Virus record (IMG/VR): IMGVR_UViG_3300035696_000002
DNA: 64,000 nucleotides
DNA from: a virus
Lineage: Duplodnaviria > Heunggongvirae > Uroviricota > Caudoviricetes
Direction: 5' to 3' (one strand)
The position numbers and the translations under genes were made by a program. Within the stretch, counting starts at the first letter, position 1, and the number at the start of each line of letters is the position of its first letter. Shown here piece after piece: positions 32,938 to 43,500 of the stretch. Below the pieces are notes generated by a model that was not told the origin of the DNA, did no database searches, and was given only the letters and a program-made list of their open reading frames with translations.

Positions 32938-35900
32938 CAGAACAAGTAACGCCGACCGAAGAAATCGTACTCACCAAAAAGCGAGCCAAGGCACCACGGA
33001 AACCGAAGGCCCCCAAAGAGCCCTCCGATCTCCGTTATGTTTTCAAGAAGCACATTCGCGGGATCACACCTGAGAAAATCAAGAAGCCTTGGATGGCGGA
33101 GAAGTCATTCAAGCTCATCAACACACCCGAAGCCTTGGAAGCTTGGGCTGACGCCATCCTCGCCGACAAGTCGCGGCACTTGCCACACCCCTCGGGAATT
33201 ACCTGTCCGGTCATCGCGGTTGACACGGAAAACACGGGCCTCGATACCCGCATCCTTGTGCACATGGAAGACCTGCCGGACGGTACGCGGGACTATGTGT
33301 ACGAGGTCAAGATTGAAATCGCTGGCGTCTGTTTGTCGGCTGATGGCGTCGAGGGAATCTACGTTCCGATCCACCATGAGCGTGGGCCGAATGTTTGCCG
33401 GGCGGACGCGAACCGCATTCTACAAAAGCTCTTCAACCAGTCCCACCTCGTATTTTACAACGCGAAGTATGACAGGGAAGTTCTGCGTCTGTGCCTCGGT
33501 CTCGACCTGCGTGACTACCCGTTCTACGAGGATGTCTCGGCTCTGCAATACATCAATGACCCCAAAGCCGATCTGGGCGACAAGGGCCAATACACCGGAG
33601 ACACCGGAGGTTTGAAGGCCCTGTCCAAGAACTTTCTCCAGTTGGAACAGATCGACCTGAAAGAAATCGCCAAGGTTCGTGCCGACAAATGGGATGCCGT
33701 CAAGCAAAAGAATGTGAAGAAAGAGCAGCACGTTCCGTTCACGTGGGTGCCCCAGAGCTTGGCGTTGTGGTACGCCGCCAGCGACGCCATCTGCACGTGG
33801 CTTCTCTGGAAACGCATGCACGAGTTAGCCCGCAGCCGGAAGATTCCACATCGGATTGACGGTGAGCTTAACGACTCACTCACTTGGATCGAACGACAGC
33901 GATACCTGATTGATGTCGAACGCCATCGTCGCACCTCGGCGTGGCATGAAAAGAAGGTTGAAGGCCTCAGCAAGAAATTGCGGGAACTCGCCCTCGCGGC
34001 GGGCTGGCAGGAGAAGTCCGACGACGCAGGCAACGTCCTGCCTGAGGATCAGTTCAATCCGGGCTCCCCGGTGCAGTTGTCCCAACTTCTGTTCGACACC
34101 ATGAAGCTCCCGCCGTACCGGGTAACCGATAGCGGCAATCGCTCCACGGATGCTGAAACTCTGAAGGAACTGCTGAAACAGCACCCGGACAACGAATTCC
34201 TGAACGTGCTTCAGCAGCACCGCGACTACGCGGCGTTGCACCCCGGCAACCTGCATTTCGATCCGACCGACAATTCAGCCCGCATGTTCCTTAAACAGAA
34301 CCGCGTGGCAGGCGGACGTTTGTCCGGGGCAGGCGGCGACTACGACGAGGACGGTGGTTTCGAACTCAACCCACAAGGTATCGTCAAGGTTGAAGAGGAT
34401 GAACAGTGGCGTGTGTACGGCAACGTGTTGGAGCCGGACACGATTCCAGAAGATCAAATCGAGGAGTACACGGAGGCCGACCTACACCCATCCTGCTTCC
34501 ACGACGACAAGGGCAAGCACACCAAGGCCGCGAACATCATCAAGAACCACATCGGCCAGTACCAAGGCTATGCGATTTGCCTTGTGCCGAAGTGCACAAC
34601 TTGTGCTGAGAAGTTTGGCATCCTCATCCACGATACCTCCATGGACGCCGAGGAAGCGGTAAACCTTCGCTGCCTGTTTGTGGCTGAGGAAGGCTGGACG
34701 ATGTTCTCGATTGACTATTCGAACATCGAAGTCCGTGCCGCTGCGAACCTGTCGGGCGAGCCTGAATTACAGAACATCTTCCTGTACGGCGACGGCGATC
34801 ACCACGCCCTCACCGCGTCCAAAGTTTTCCCGCAGTACGCTGATCCGACGAGCAAGGACTACAAGGCGAAGTCGCTGCGTGCCCTCGCTAAGATCATCAA
34901 CTTCGCTCTCCAGTACGGTGGTACGGAATTCACCATCTACGAGAACATGAAGAAGCGAGACCCGAACATCACTCGCGAAGCGGCAAAGAAGATGGTCGAT
35001 GATTACTGGGCTGGCGTCCCAGTTTTCGCCCAGTGGTGCGAAGCTAAAAAGTTCCGGGCCAAGACCGAGATGGTTTGCGAAACCGCAATGGGTCGGGTTA
35101 TCGACTTCAAGTCCGCCATGGAAGCCCAGCGGATTCATGTACCGACCAAGGAAGAGAAAGACAACCTCTCGCACTACTACGACCTTCGCCGTCAGGCAAC
35201 ACAGGCTGAGAAGGAAGGCAAGCCGGAGCGACAGAAAAAATGGGAGGATGCTGCTCAGCGGTTGTGGAAAGACCCTGAGACGGGTGTGCGTAATGCACAG
35301 GATTACAACAAGTTCATCGGCAAGATTCAGCGTGTTGCTGTCAACGCCCCAGTGCAGGGTATCTGCGGTGACTTCATGCGACTCGCCATCAACCGCATCC
35401 GCAAGTGGGTGTTGAGCAACCCGGACATCCAGAAGGTGTTCCGCTTCCACGGATCAGTGCACGATGAAATTGACGTGTCAATCAAGAACGAATACATCCC
35501 ATTCATCCTGCCACGCCTCACTCGGTTGATGAAGCTCCGCAAGCTGTACGAGCGGTTCAAGTGGCCTGTACCTATCGAGTGCGATGCCGAATACGGCAGG
35601 TCATGGGACGTTGACTACAACGCCACGGACAAGAACAAACCCGACGCCTACACGCACATCAAGGGCTTGGAACGGTACATTCCTCCGGTCTTCGAGCCGC
35701 AGTTTGTGCGTGAAATCATCAAGTCGCTGCTCTCGGGCGATGAGGCGACGCGGGAGAAAATCAGGAATTGGGTCAACAAAAAGTTGCATCCACGGGCAGC
35801 GGCTTCTGCGGGAATTATGTTCACCGACAAGAAGGGTAACCCGATCACGGACAAAAAGACGGTCACCAACAAGGTCATCACGATTCTGCAACTGCATGAG

Positions 35901-37028
35901 TTCTGGTCAATCGACCACACCCCGGATGACGATGAGGCGACACTGGAGACACTTGAACAGTACGAAGCCAGCCACGGCCTCACGGAAAAGGATCGCGGGT
36001 TCGCACCGGAATTTGGGTACCTCGGTGCTGTGCCGCTCACCGCAAAGGTCAAGCGTCCAGACATTCCGCCGCTGGGTGATGACGAAGTCCCGGCTCAGGC
36101 TGAACTTCCAATCGAGCCCGGCCCGACCCCGATAGCGGAGCCTCCAGTTCAAATAGTGGAAACCCCCACTGAAGAGATGGGGGCCGATCTTGCGGTGGTT
36201 ACGACCCCGCCCACACCGCCTGAAAGTGTGGACGTGGATGAGGACGACCGCACGATTACGGAGCAGGATTTTGTTCCAGTGACCCTACCTGAGAATTGGT
36301 GGGCACAAGCTTGGGTTGAAGTCGGCAAACAAATCGAAGAGGGCGAACGTCGCGGGGTCAAAAACGCTCGTGGCCTCGTGGCAGACGAGTTTGAATCCAA
36401 GAAGTTGACCGAGAACATCGTGGCCGACTTCGCCATTGCTTTTGCTGTGGGCCACGGGGAACACAACCCGCCGCCATTCGAGCAGAGACTCGAACTGCCG
36501 GATGTGTCGCCGGATATTTCGGTGAAGGCAATTGACAAGCTGTATGGGAAGACTGGCCGTGCGATGAGCCTGTTAGTCCCACCCTACCATCTCGATCCCC
36601 ACCTCGACTGGCGATTCGTGTTGGTGTATTGGGAAGACCACAACAAAAACGATTTCAAAATCATCGGCTGGTTATACGGACATGAGATCAAAAAGTACCG
36701 CTTGGATGATGGCGGCAATGGCCGCGACCCGGCCTATTTCGTTCCGTGGACTAAGCTACGCCCATGGAGTACTTTTGAAAAGCCTAAGCAGACGATGCTC
36801 TATATCCTTCGCGACGATCTCGATCTGAGCAGCAAGACCACGCCGGATGCTTTGCGAATGCGGGAACTGCTGGGGAAGGGCGGCGGCAAAGAGATCAACA
36901 TTCGCTATCGCGGGGAGAACTCCGTGATCCGCAACAAGATGGTGGACGAAATCCCGGACGAATTTTTGACGGGAAAAATGCCGCTTAAAGACTGGCAGGA
37001 CAGTCAGATACAAACCGCAGGCAAGTAA
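32934..37028 (+). CDS. polA: family A DNA polymerase with 3'-5' exonuclease and long C-terminal extension
   Basis: DTE, FYNAKYD, YAASDA exonuclease motifs; GGRLS, DYSNIEVR (A), RALAKIINFALQYG (B), NAPVQG, VHDEI (C). Confidence 0.95.
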   Translation: MTEQVTPTEEIVLTKKRAKAPRKPKAPKEPSDLRYVFKKHIRGITPEKIKKPWMAEKSFKLINTPEALEAWADAILADKSRHLPHPSGITCPVIAVDTENTGLDTRILVHMEDLPDGTRDYVYEVKIEIAGVCLSADGVEGIYVPIHHERGPNVCRADANRILQKLFNQSHLVFYNAKYDREVLRLCLGLDLRDYPFYEDVSALQYINDPKADLGDKGQYTGDTGGLKALSKNFLQLEQIDLKEIAKVRADKWDAVKQKNVKKEQHVPFTWVPQSLALWYAASDAICTWLLWKRMHELARSRKIPHRIDGELNDSLTWIERQRYLIDVERHRRTSAWHEKKVEGLSKKLRELALAAGWQEKSDDAGNVLPEDQFNPGSPVQLSQLLFDTMKLPPYRVTDSGNRSTDAETLKELLKQHPDNEFLNVLQQHRDYAALHPGNLHFDPTDNSARMFLKQNRVAGGRLSGAGGDYDEDGGFELNPQGIVKVEEDEQWRVYGNVLEPDTIPEDQIEEYTEADLHPSCFHDDKGKHTKAANIIKNHIGQYQGYAICLVPKCTTCAEKFGILIHDTSMDAEEAVNLRCLFVAEEGWTMFSIDYSNIEVRAAANLSGEPELQNIFLYGDGDHHALTASKVFPQYADPTSKDYKAKSLRALAKIINFALQYGGTEFTIYENMKKRDPNITREAAKKMVDDYWAGVPVFAQWCEAKKFRAKTEMVCETAMGRVIDFKSAMEAQRIHVPTKEEKDNLSHYYDLRRQATQAEKEGKPERQKKWEDAAQRLWKDPETGVRNAQDYNKFIGKIQRVAVNAPVQGICGDFMRLAINRIRKWVLSNPDIQKVFRFHGSVHDEIDVSIKNEYIPFILPRLTRLMKLRKLYERFKWPVPIECDAEYGRSWDVDYNATDKNKPDAYTHIKGLERYIPPVFEPQFVREIIKSLLSGDEATREKIRNWVNKKLHPRAAASAGIMFTDKKGNPITDKKTVTNKVITILQLHEFWSIDHTPDDDEATLETLEQYEASHGLTEKDRGFAPEFGYLGAVPLTAKVKRPDIPPLGDDEVPAQAELPIEPGPTPIAEPPVQIVETPTEEMGADLAVVTTPPTPPESVDVDEDDRTITEQDFVPVTLPENWWAQAWVEVGKQIEEGERRGVKNARGLVADEFESKKLTENIVADFAIAFAVGHGEHNPPPFEQRLELPDVSPDISVKAIDKLYGKTGRAMSLLVPPYHLDPHLDWRFVLVYWEDHNKNDFKIIGWLYGHEIKKYRLDDGGNGRDPAYFVPWTKLRPWSTFEKPKQTMLYILRDDLDLSSKTTPDALRMRELLGKGGGKEINIRYRGENSVIRNKMVDEIPDEFLTGKMPLKDWQDSQIQTAGK

Positions 37029-37053
37029 GTCTACGAATTCGCATTGAAATAGT

Positions 37054-37854
37054 ATGGCCAACAAACACGCCGATAAACGCTGCCCGCGTTGCGGGAACGA
37101 CATTGATAGCCTCGGGAGTTGTCGTGTCTGCGGGCGGCAATGGTCATCTGAGCTTGAAGAAGAGGAGTCCGTACTGGGGCCGGACGGCCAACCACTGCCG
37201 GAAGACACCGATCCCGACACCATCAAGCCCTACGACCCGTTCAAGAAAAAGCCCGCCAAGAAGACCAAGAAAATTGGCTACCAGAAACGCGACACGTTCA
37301 CCGATAGCCTTCCTGACAGTTTCAAATTGTGGGCGATCAATCCCGACGCAGACAGCGATACCGAGATAGTGCGGAAGCGTTCTTTGATGCGGCTGGAGTC
37401 CGGCAAAATATACAATCAAATGGGTTTATCTGTCCGTGCACAAGAAACCCAGCGAAATGTTCTGATATGGATCACAAGGTTGTGGGAGTTCTTGGACGAA
37501 AGTGACCGAGAAATTCTGGCTCCGACCGTCGCAAGTTTGAAGGTCGGGATGGAAGTCCTTAATGACCTCCGCAAGGCGAAAGTTGCACGAGCAGCCGCCA
37601 TGGAAAAGCAACTGACGAAGGAGCACAGATCGGCCCTGAAGGCCCGTCTGGTCGCCCTCGAAAAGAAGCGGACAGAAGCGGCGAAGGCCAAGACGGCAAC
37701 AAAAGTGACGCAACCGGGACAGGATTCAGAAGGATTCTCGGTTCCTCAACCCGTTGCTCTTGACCCGAACGTGCTGAAACAGCAGCTTATAGAAAACCTT
37801 GGGGCCAAGCCGGAACCGAAGATCGAGAACCCTGAGCAGGATGAAAAGTCCTAG
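37054..37854 (+). CDS. hypothetical protein with N-terminal Zn ribbon
   Basis: CPRC...CRVC; coiled-coil C-terminal half; lies just upstream of portal. Confidence 0.75.
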   Translation: MANKHADKRCPRCGNDIDSLGSCRVCGRQWSSELEEEESVLGPDGQPLPEDTDPDTIKPYDPFKKKPAKKTKKIGYQKRDTFTDSLPDSFKLWAINPDADSDTEIVRKRSLMRLESGKIYNQMGLSVRAQETQRNVLIWITRLWEFLDESDREILAPTVASLKVGMEVLNDLRKAKVARAAAMEKQLTKEHRSALKARLVALEKKRTEAAKAKTATKVTQPGQDSEGFSVPQPVALDPNVLKQQLIENLGAKPEPKIENPEQDEKS

Positions 37855-37885
37855 CTTTACGTTCATTTGATAGGGGTTAGTGCGA

Positions 37886-40432
37886 ATGGCAGAAAACACT
37901 CAAGACGGCAAGCCTACATCCAAGCGTCAGCGTGGAGCCAACACCACCGTTGGTCAGCATGGCCAAGTCCGTAAGCTCACCAAAACGGCCAAGGGAAAGC
38001 AGCCAGCCTTCTCAGCCGGGCGTTACACCGCGATGAACGACAAGGGTGAGATCATCGACGATGCCGCGTACCGCAACAAGCTCCGGGCCTTCAAGGGTCA
38101 AACCGATGCCATGCTGGGGGCAAAAACCGCAGGCGGGCTGTTCGGTGGTGACAGCGGCGGCGACTACGCCAATATCGCGGACAGCGGAAATATCGGATAT
38201 TACTCCTACGAGTTCCCGGTTGACGCTCTCGAACTCCCGTCATCCCGTGCTGAAGAACTCCGTTTCTACCGCCTCGCCTACGACCGTGATCCGATTGTGG
38301 GCCGGGCCATCGACATGCACACTGAGTTACCGCTGTCGAAGATGGAACTCTCGAAGCCGAAATGCTCGATCCCTGAGTTCTCTGATTTCGTCTTTGACTT
38401 CTACCAGAAATTTGTCAACGACACAAAGCTGTTCCAAGTCCTGATCGACCTGTGCCGCGAGTACTGGACGATTGGTGAGTCCTACCTGTTCATCGAAAAA
38501 ACATCTGAGGTCGAGCCCTGCGAGGCCGCACAAAAGTCCCTCAACAAGGGTGACAGTGGTGCCGGAACAGAATCAAGCAAGGAATCGGAATTCAACGCAC
38601 CTCTGGGTGGAACCTCAAGCCGCATCCTCGACTATCTCGAACCCACAAAGCGGTCTTCGTGGATTCAGAAACAGGACGGCTTTCTCGACGAACTGAAAAC
38701 TGCTGGGATTGGTTTTGAGTTTGAAGAGGATGTCGAAACGACCGACAAGGCAATCGAAAAGAAAAAGAACGCACTCAGCAAACAGACCCGCAAGCTTGCA
38801 AAGTTGCTTGGTATGCCCGCCAAGAAATTGGCTGTGATGGTTGTTGAGTCTGACTCACCGGAGACTTTGTTCGGCAAAGTAGCGAAGGTTATTGGTCGCA
38901 CGAATCATCAGGACGAATACCCGATCCAAGTCACGGCTGAGATGTCGAAGGTTGCTCAACCACCCGCTGACGCTCCACCTGCGGACGCCCCAGCCCCGGC
39001 TGCTGAGGATGCTCCCGGTGACCCGGCTGATCCTGCTGCTGATCCTGCGGGCGGCGGAGAAGGTGCTCCGCTGGGTGAAGAAGGACTGGGCGATATCGCT
39101 GGCGGCGGAGGCGGTGCCCCTATGGGCGGCGGTGGTGGAGGCGGGGGCGGTATCCCGGCTGACATGGCCGACGAAGCCAAGGGAGCGATTGCTGCCGGAG
39201 CCTCGTTGTCCGCTCAACGCGAGTTGATGGAAGCGAAACACCTGCTCCGCCTGTTGGAACGCAAGAAAGAACTCCTGCTCGAATTGCAGGAGATTCGTCG
39301 CAAGAAAAAGCAGGAAACAGAACTGTTTGGGCATGTCGTGAACCCGGAGTACAACGGCCCGGAACGCATTCAAATCCTGCCGCCTGAACAGATGGAGATC
39401 ACCAACGAGGGAACCCTCGTCGATGGCCCGACCCTGTATTACAAACCACCGGAGCAGCAGAAACAGGCCTATCTGGAAGACCCGGATGTGCCCGCTGAGG
39501 TGAAGGACAAGATTCAAACGGAAGGCAAGATTCCGTTGAACACCGACCCGTACAAGGGGTCTTACGCCATCCATTTCGCCCGCAAGAAGTCTGGTTACGA
39601 GTTGCATGGCCGTTCGATCCTGCAACGCTGCATTCGTGCGATTATCTATCGCGAGAAGTTGCGTCAGGTTCAGAACACCATCGCCTCGCGTAACATGACG
39701 CCGAAGACGCTGGTCATCGCACCTGACATCGCCCCGGCTGAAGTCCTCGCTCTTCGTGCTCACATCGACGAAGCGAAGGCCGACCCGGACTACTCCGTCG
39801 TGCTGAACTACGAAGCACGTTGGGACGAAATTGGTTCTGAAGGTCGTCTGCTTTCCCTCGATGCCGAGTGGCAGCACACGAACTCCGACCTCGCTATCGG
39901 CCTTGGCCTATCGCCTGAGTTGTTGATCGGTGAGGGCATGTACGCCGGGAACCGCATTCAGTTGGAAATTCTGAACGTCTCGTACCTCCAGTTCCGCGAC
40001 CTGCTCACGGGCATCATTGAAGACCAAATCTTCAAACCGATTGCCATGGAGAAAGGCTTCTACGAAATGGATCGCTACGGGCGTCCGCGTTGGATTTACC
40101 CGAAGGTCTCATTCGCCCGCATGGCTCTGCGTGATTCCGGCGACTTGTACGACATGCTCTTCAACCTGTACGCCAAGGGCAGCCTGCCAGTCGAAGTGAT
40201 CTACGAGTTCCTGAATATCGACCCAGAGGATGCTACACGCAAACTCGAAGACTCGCTGTTCACGGTTCGCGACGCGAAGTTCACCCAGATGACCGACACG
40301 ATCTACAACGCCATGGGCGACTGGATCATGAAAAAGACCGACGTTGGCAAGCGTATTGCCAAGGGTCTCACCCTCCATGAAACAGACAACATGGCCGAAG
40401 AAGGCATGGAAGGTTCTGGCGAAGGCGGTTAA
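37886..40432 (+). CDS. phage portal protein with large insertion
   Basis: DPIVGRAID, YW.IGE.Y, ILPPEQM, IHF...Y..HGRSIL, IA.GLGL, IEDQIFKPI portal-type motifs. Confidence 0.8.
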   Translation: MAENTQDGKPTSKRQRGANTTVGQHGQVRKLTKTAKGKQPAFSAGRYTAMNDKGEIIDDAAYRNKLRAFKGQTDAMLGAKTAGGLFGGDSGGDYANIADSGNIGYYSYEFPVDALELPSSRAEELRFYRLAYDRDPIVGRAIDMHTELPLSKMELSKPKCSIPEFSDFVFDFYQKFVNDTKLFQVLIDLCREYWTIGESYLFIEKTSEVEPCEAAQKSLNKGDSGAGTESSKESEFNAPLGGTSSRILDYLEPTKRSSWIQKQDGFLDELKTAGIGFEFEEDVETTDKAIEKKKNALSKQTRKLAKLLGMPAKKLAVMVVESDSPETLFGKVAKVIGRTNHQDEYPIQVTAEMSKVAQPPADAPPADAPAPAAEDAPGDPADPAADPAGGGEGAPLGEEGLGDIAGGGGGAPMGGGGGGGGGIPADMADEAKGAIAAGASLSAQRELMEAKHLLRLLERKKELLLELQEIRRKKKQETELFGHVVNPEYNGPERIQILPPEQMEITNEGTLVDGPTLYYKPPEQQKQAYLEDPDVPAEVKDKIQTEGKIPLNTDPYKGSYAIHFARKKSGYELHGRSILQRCIRAIIYREKLRQVQNTIASRNMTPKTLVIAPDIAPAEVLALRAHIDEAKADPDYSVVLNYEARWDEIGSEGRLLSLDAEWQHTNSDLAIGLGLSPELLIGEGMYAGNRIQLEILNVSYLQFRDLLTGIIEDQIFKPIAMEKGFYEMDRYGRPRWIYPKVSFARMALRDSGDLYDMLFNLYAKGSLPVEVIYEFLNIDPEDATRKLEDSLFTVRDAKFTQMTDTIYNAMGDWIMKKTDVGKRIAKGLTLHETDNMAEEGMEGSGEGG

Positions 40433-40518
40433 TTTCTCAGTATTAAAGGGATAACGGGGAAGTCTGGCTTTTCTGCGAAAACCGGATTTCCCCGTGCCTT
40501 TAGTAGGGGAACGCCGTC

Positions 40519-43500
40519 TTGATTACAACTCTCGATACTCAAAGCTGGGCCAAGGAACTCGTCACCGGAAACGCCGAGTTTATTGAGACTTCCGGCCCAT
40601 CGCCCATACTCTACGTTGTCAGCAACGTGCGTGTCAACGCGGGCGTTTACTCCTTCACAGTCCTGTACTCCACAGCGTCACCGCCTGCTCCGGGGCCGGG
40701 CTCGATCTTCAACGTCGGGGCGACTTACACGTTCCCGAACCCGACCATCGACTTCGATCCAGTCTGCCCGCCGCAGCTAGACACATCCGGGCCGAACCCG
40801 CTGCTCCACATCATCGGCACGCAGAGCAACGCAACGAACAGCCGTTTGGTGGACTTAATCAAGTTCACCTATGACACCGTCGCCCACACACTGACAGGCC
40901 CGATCCTGTTGGTCACGGGCACGACGATGCGTCAGGCCTACGACATCTGCCTCCTAAACAACGGGCACACGTTCGTCTCGGTGATCGTCACCGATCCTGA
41001 ACTCCCGATCTTGGGTCAGTCAACACTCACCAACATTGCGATCACAGGAAACGTCCTGACGGTCACCACCTCGAATCAGTTTTACGTTGGCCAGTTGGTG
41101 CGGCTCAATGGGTTGACCACAGCAACGTTCTTGAACGGTCAATACGTTCAGGTCACTAATCTCATCGGCCCCGGCCCAGTCTACACCGGGTTCACCGCGA
41201 ATTTCGTGAATGTCAATTACGGCCCGGCTGCCGACACTGGCACCGCTACGCCGACGTATCCCGGACACAACTTGATCGCCATGGAACTGGATGCGACAAA
41301 CAACGTCGTGTCCGGCAGCCTGAAGGTTCTTCAGAACTCGAACGATCTGGGTGGACAGACGTTTAGCTCCACCTCGCTGATTTCGCCGGACGGCATCAAC
41401 ATCGAGGTTTACTACCAGTATCATCCGAAGGTCATCACCTTCAAGGATCAGCTTTTCACAATCGCCCTGTTCAATCGTCGGACGGTTGCATACATCACTG
41501 GAACTGCTATCCTCGGGAACGTCCTCACGGTAACCTGTCCCAACAATTTCCCGGCTGGCACGCTCGTGACTCTGGCTGGCACCGCTGAGGCTTTCCTCAA
41601 CGGGCAGACGGTGACTGTGCTGACCTCAAACGCAGGGTCATTCACGGCAGCCTTCGTCAATCCGAATTACACGAACAACAGCGATACGGGCACGGCTACG
41701 GTCGCTGCTCCGATCTGGGATGTGCTCGCGACAACTCTTCAGACGTTTGTCGCACGCTACACCGATGACCGCATGACGGTCATGCTTGACCAGAACGGCA
41801 ATCGCTATCTGAGTCAGACATTCTACAGCCAGTTCAATCACCCGTATGGGTACGTCGGCAACCTGATTATGGGTTACCAGCCTGCGGGCGGAATCTGGGA
41901 TTTCCACATCACATTGGGCTCAACAACGGGCGGCTCCATCGTGCAGGCCAGCATCTCGGTCAACTCGTTGGGGGGAGTGAACGTCGCTTACCTGTTGGAG
42001 CCGTTCGCACAGGTTCCCGCCTATCCGGGCGTGGCTTGGCCGCTGCACGTGGCGACAGTCAACTTGACCGGATTAGGTCTGACGGACGTTCCGGGTTTTT
42101 ACAACAATCTGAATTTCACGTGGCTCCGTGCCTCGAAAGCAGCCATCGACCAAGGATCGGATTGGGCGATTGTCGGCGAGCAGCAGATTCCGACAACGGT
42201 CAATGGTGAACTCCACACGATCCCGAATGTGCCCGGCCCGTACACCGTGCAGGTCACGTTCAATCAACTGACCCCGACCTCGGGGTTCGCTGAAAATCTC
42301 GGCGTCGTGTATTCGCCGAGTGGTGTGCCTTTGGAGCAAGTCCCAACCAACCCGCAAAAGGGACAGTATACTGTCGAGCCAAGCACAGGCGTTTACACAT
42401 TCAACGTGGCTGACGCCGGGGCTGCGATTGCGATCAGCTACAGCTACGTCAGTGCCATCGTCCCGAAGTACGTGTCGTTCTTCAACGTGCCCCCTGTTGC
42501 CAACCTGAAGCCGTCAACCGCCACTGTGTGGCGTGGCAACTCCGCATATTCGACCAACGTCTGGGCGATCACGAATGTGGCTGTCGCCGGAGACGTAGTC
42601 ACCGTCACTGCCCCCGGCAACACATTTGCAATCGGAGAGTCCATCGCGATCTATGGTCTTACTACTGCGACGTTCTTGAACGGCGTGGTGCTGACTGTGG
42701 CGACGGCCAACGGCACGAACTTCACGGCCTCGTTCACTCATGGAAACTACGGCCCGGCTGCCGACAGCGGCTCCGCCGCTCAGTTGATCCTTGGGGCGTT
42801 CTTGTTGGATGGCAGCGGCACAGTGGATGCAGATCAAGACCCGGTCTACTATTTCTGGTCGGAGAATTATCCTGACCCAGTCTACCCGGAATGGCTCGTC
42901 GGTACGACGTACAGCCTCGGTCAAATTGTGGATGTCTTGGGCGTCCAGTACATCAGCCTGCAAAACGGTAACCTTGGAAATCCCCCAGCAGCAAGCCCGA
43001 CTTTCTGGTCGGTTTCTGCGGGAGCAGAGAATGTCACACTATTTCCGAGTGGAGATCAATCCAACTTAACCATCAGTCGTAGTCTTGGCGGCGTCGGCAC
43101 CACTTTCAATGTGGGTATGGCGGCAGTTGATGAGTACGCTCAATTCGCAGCGACCATCACAGCGGTAGAGGTCTTCAACAATATCCTGACGATCACAGCG
43201 AACAACAGCCTTGTGAGCGGTCAGCAAGTCGTGCTTTACAACCTGAGTCATGCGGCCTTCCTCAACGGGACTGTGATTACGGTACTGGCTTCCGTTGGTA
43301 CGAACTTCACTGCAAACTATCCGAGCCCGCTGAATTACCCGGTCACAGCCGACTCTGGAAACGCAGCAGTCCTGCGTCACCCGGCCTACCCGATCACCAG
43401 TGTCCAGCTAAACGCGGGAGCACTGACTGTGCTGGCTGTCAACAATTTCGTAGCAACCGAGCAGGCAATGATTTACGGTGTAACCCTGAATCCGCCTGCT

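Noticed and set aside
32934-37028. Intein or intron explaining the long polymerase
   Set aside because: No C/S...HN-C/S/T splice motifs or LAGLIDADG/HNH motifs were seen; the extra length is insertions plus a C-terminal extension.
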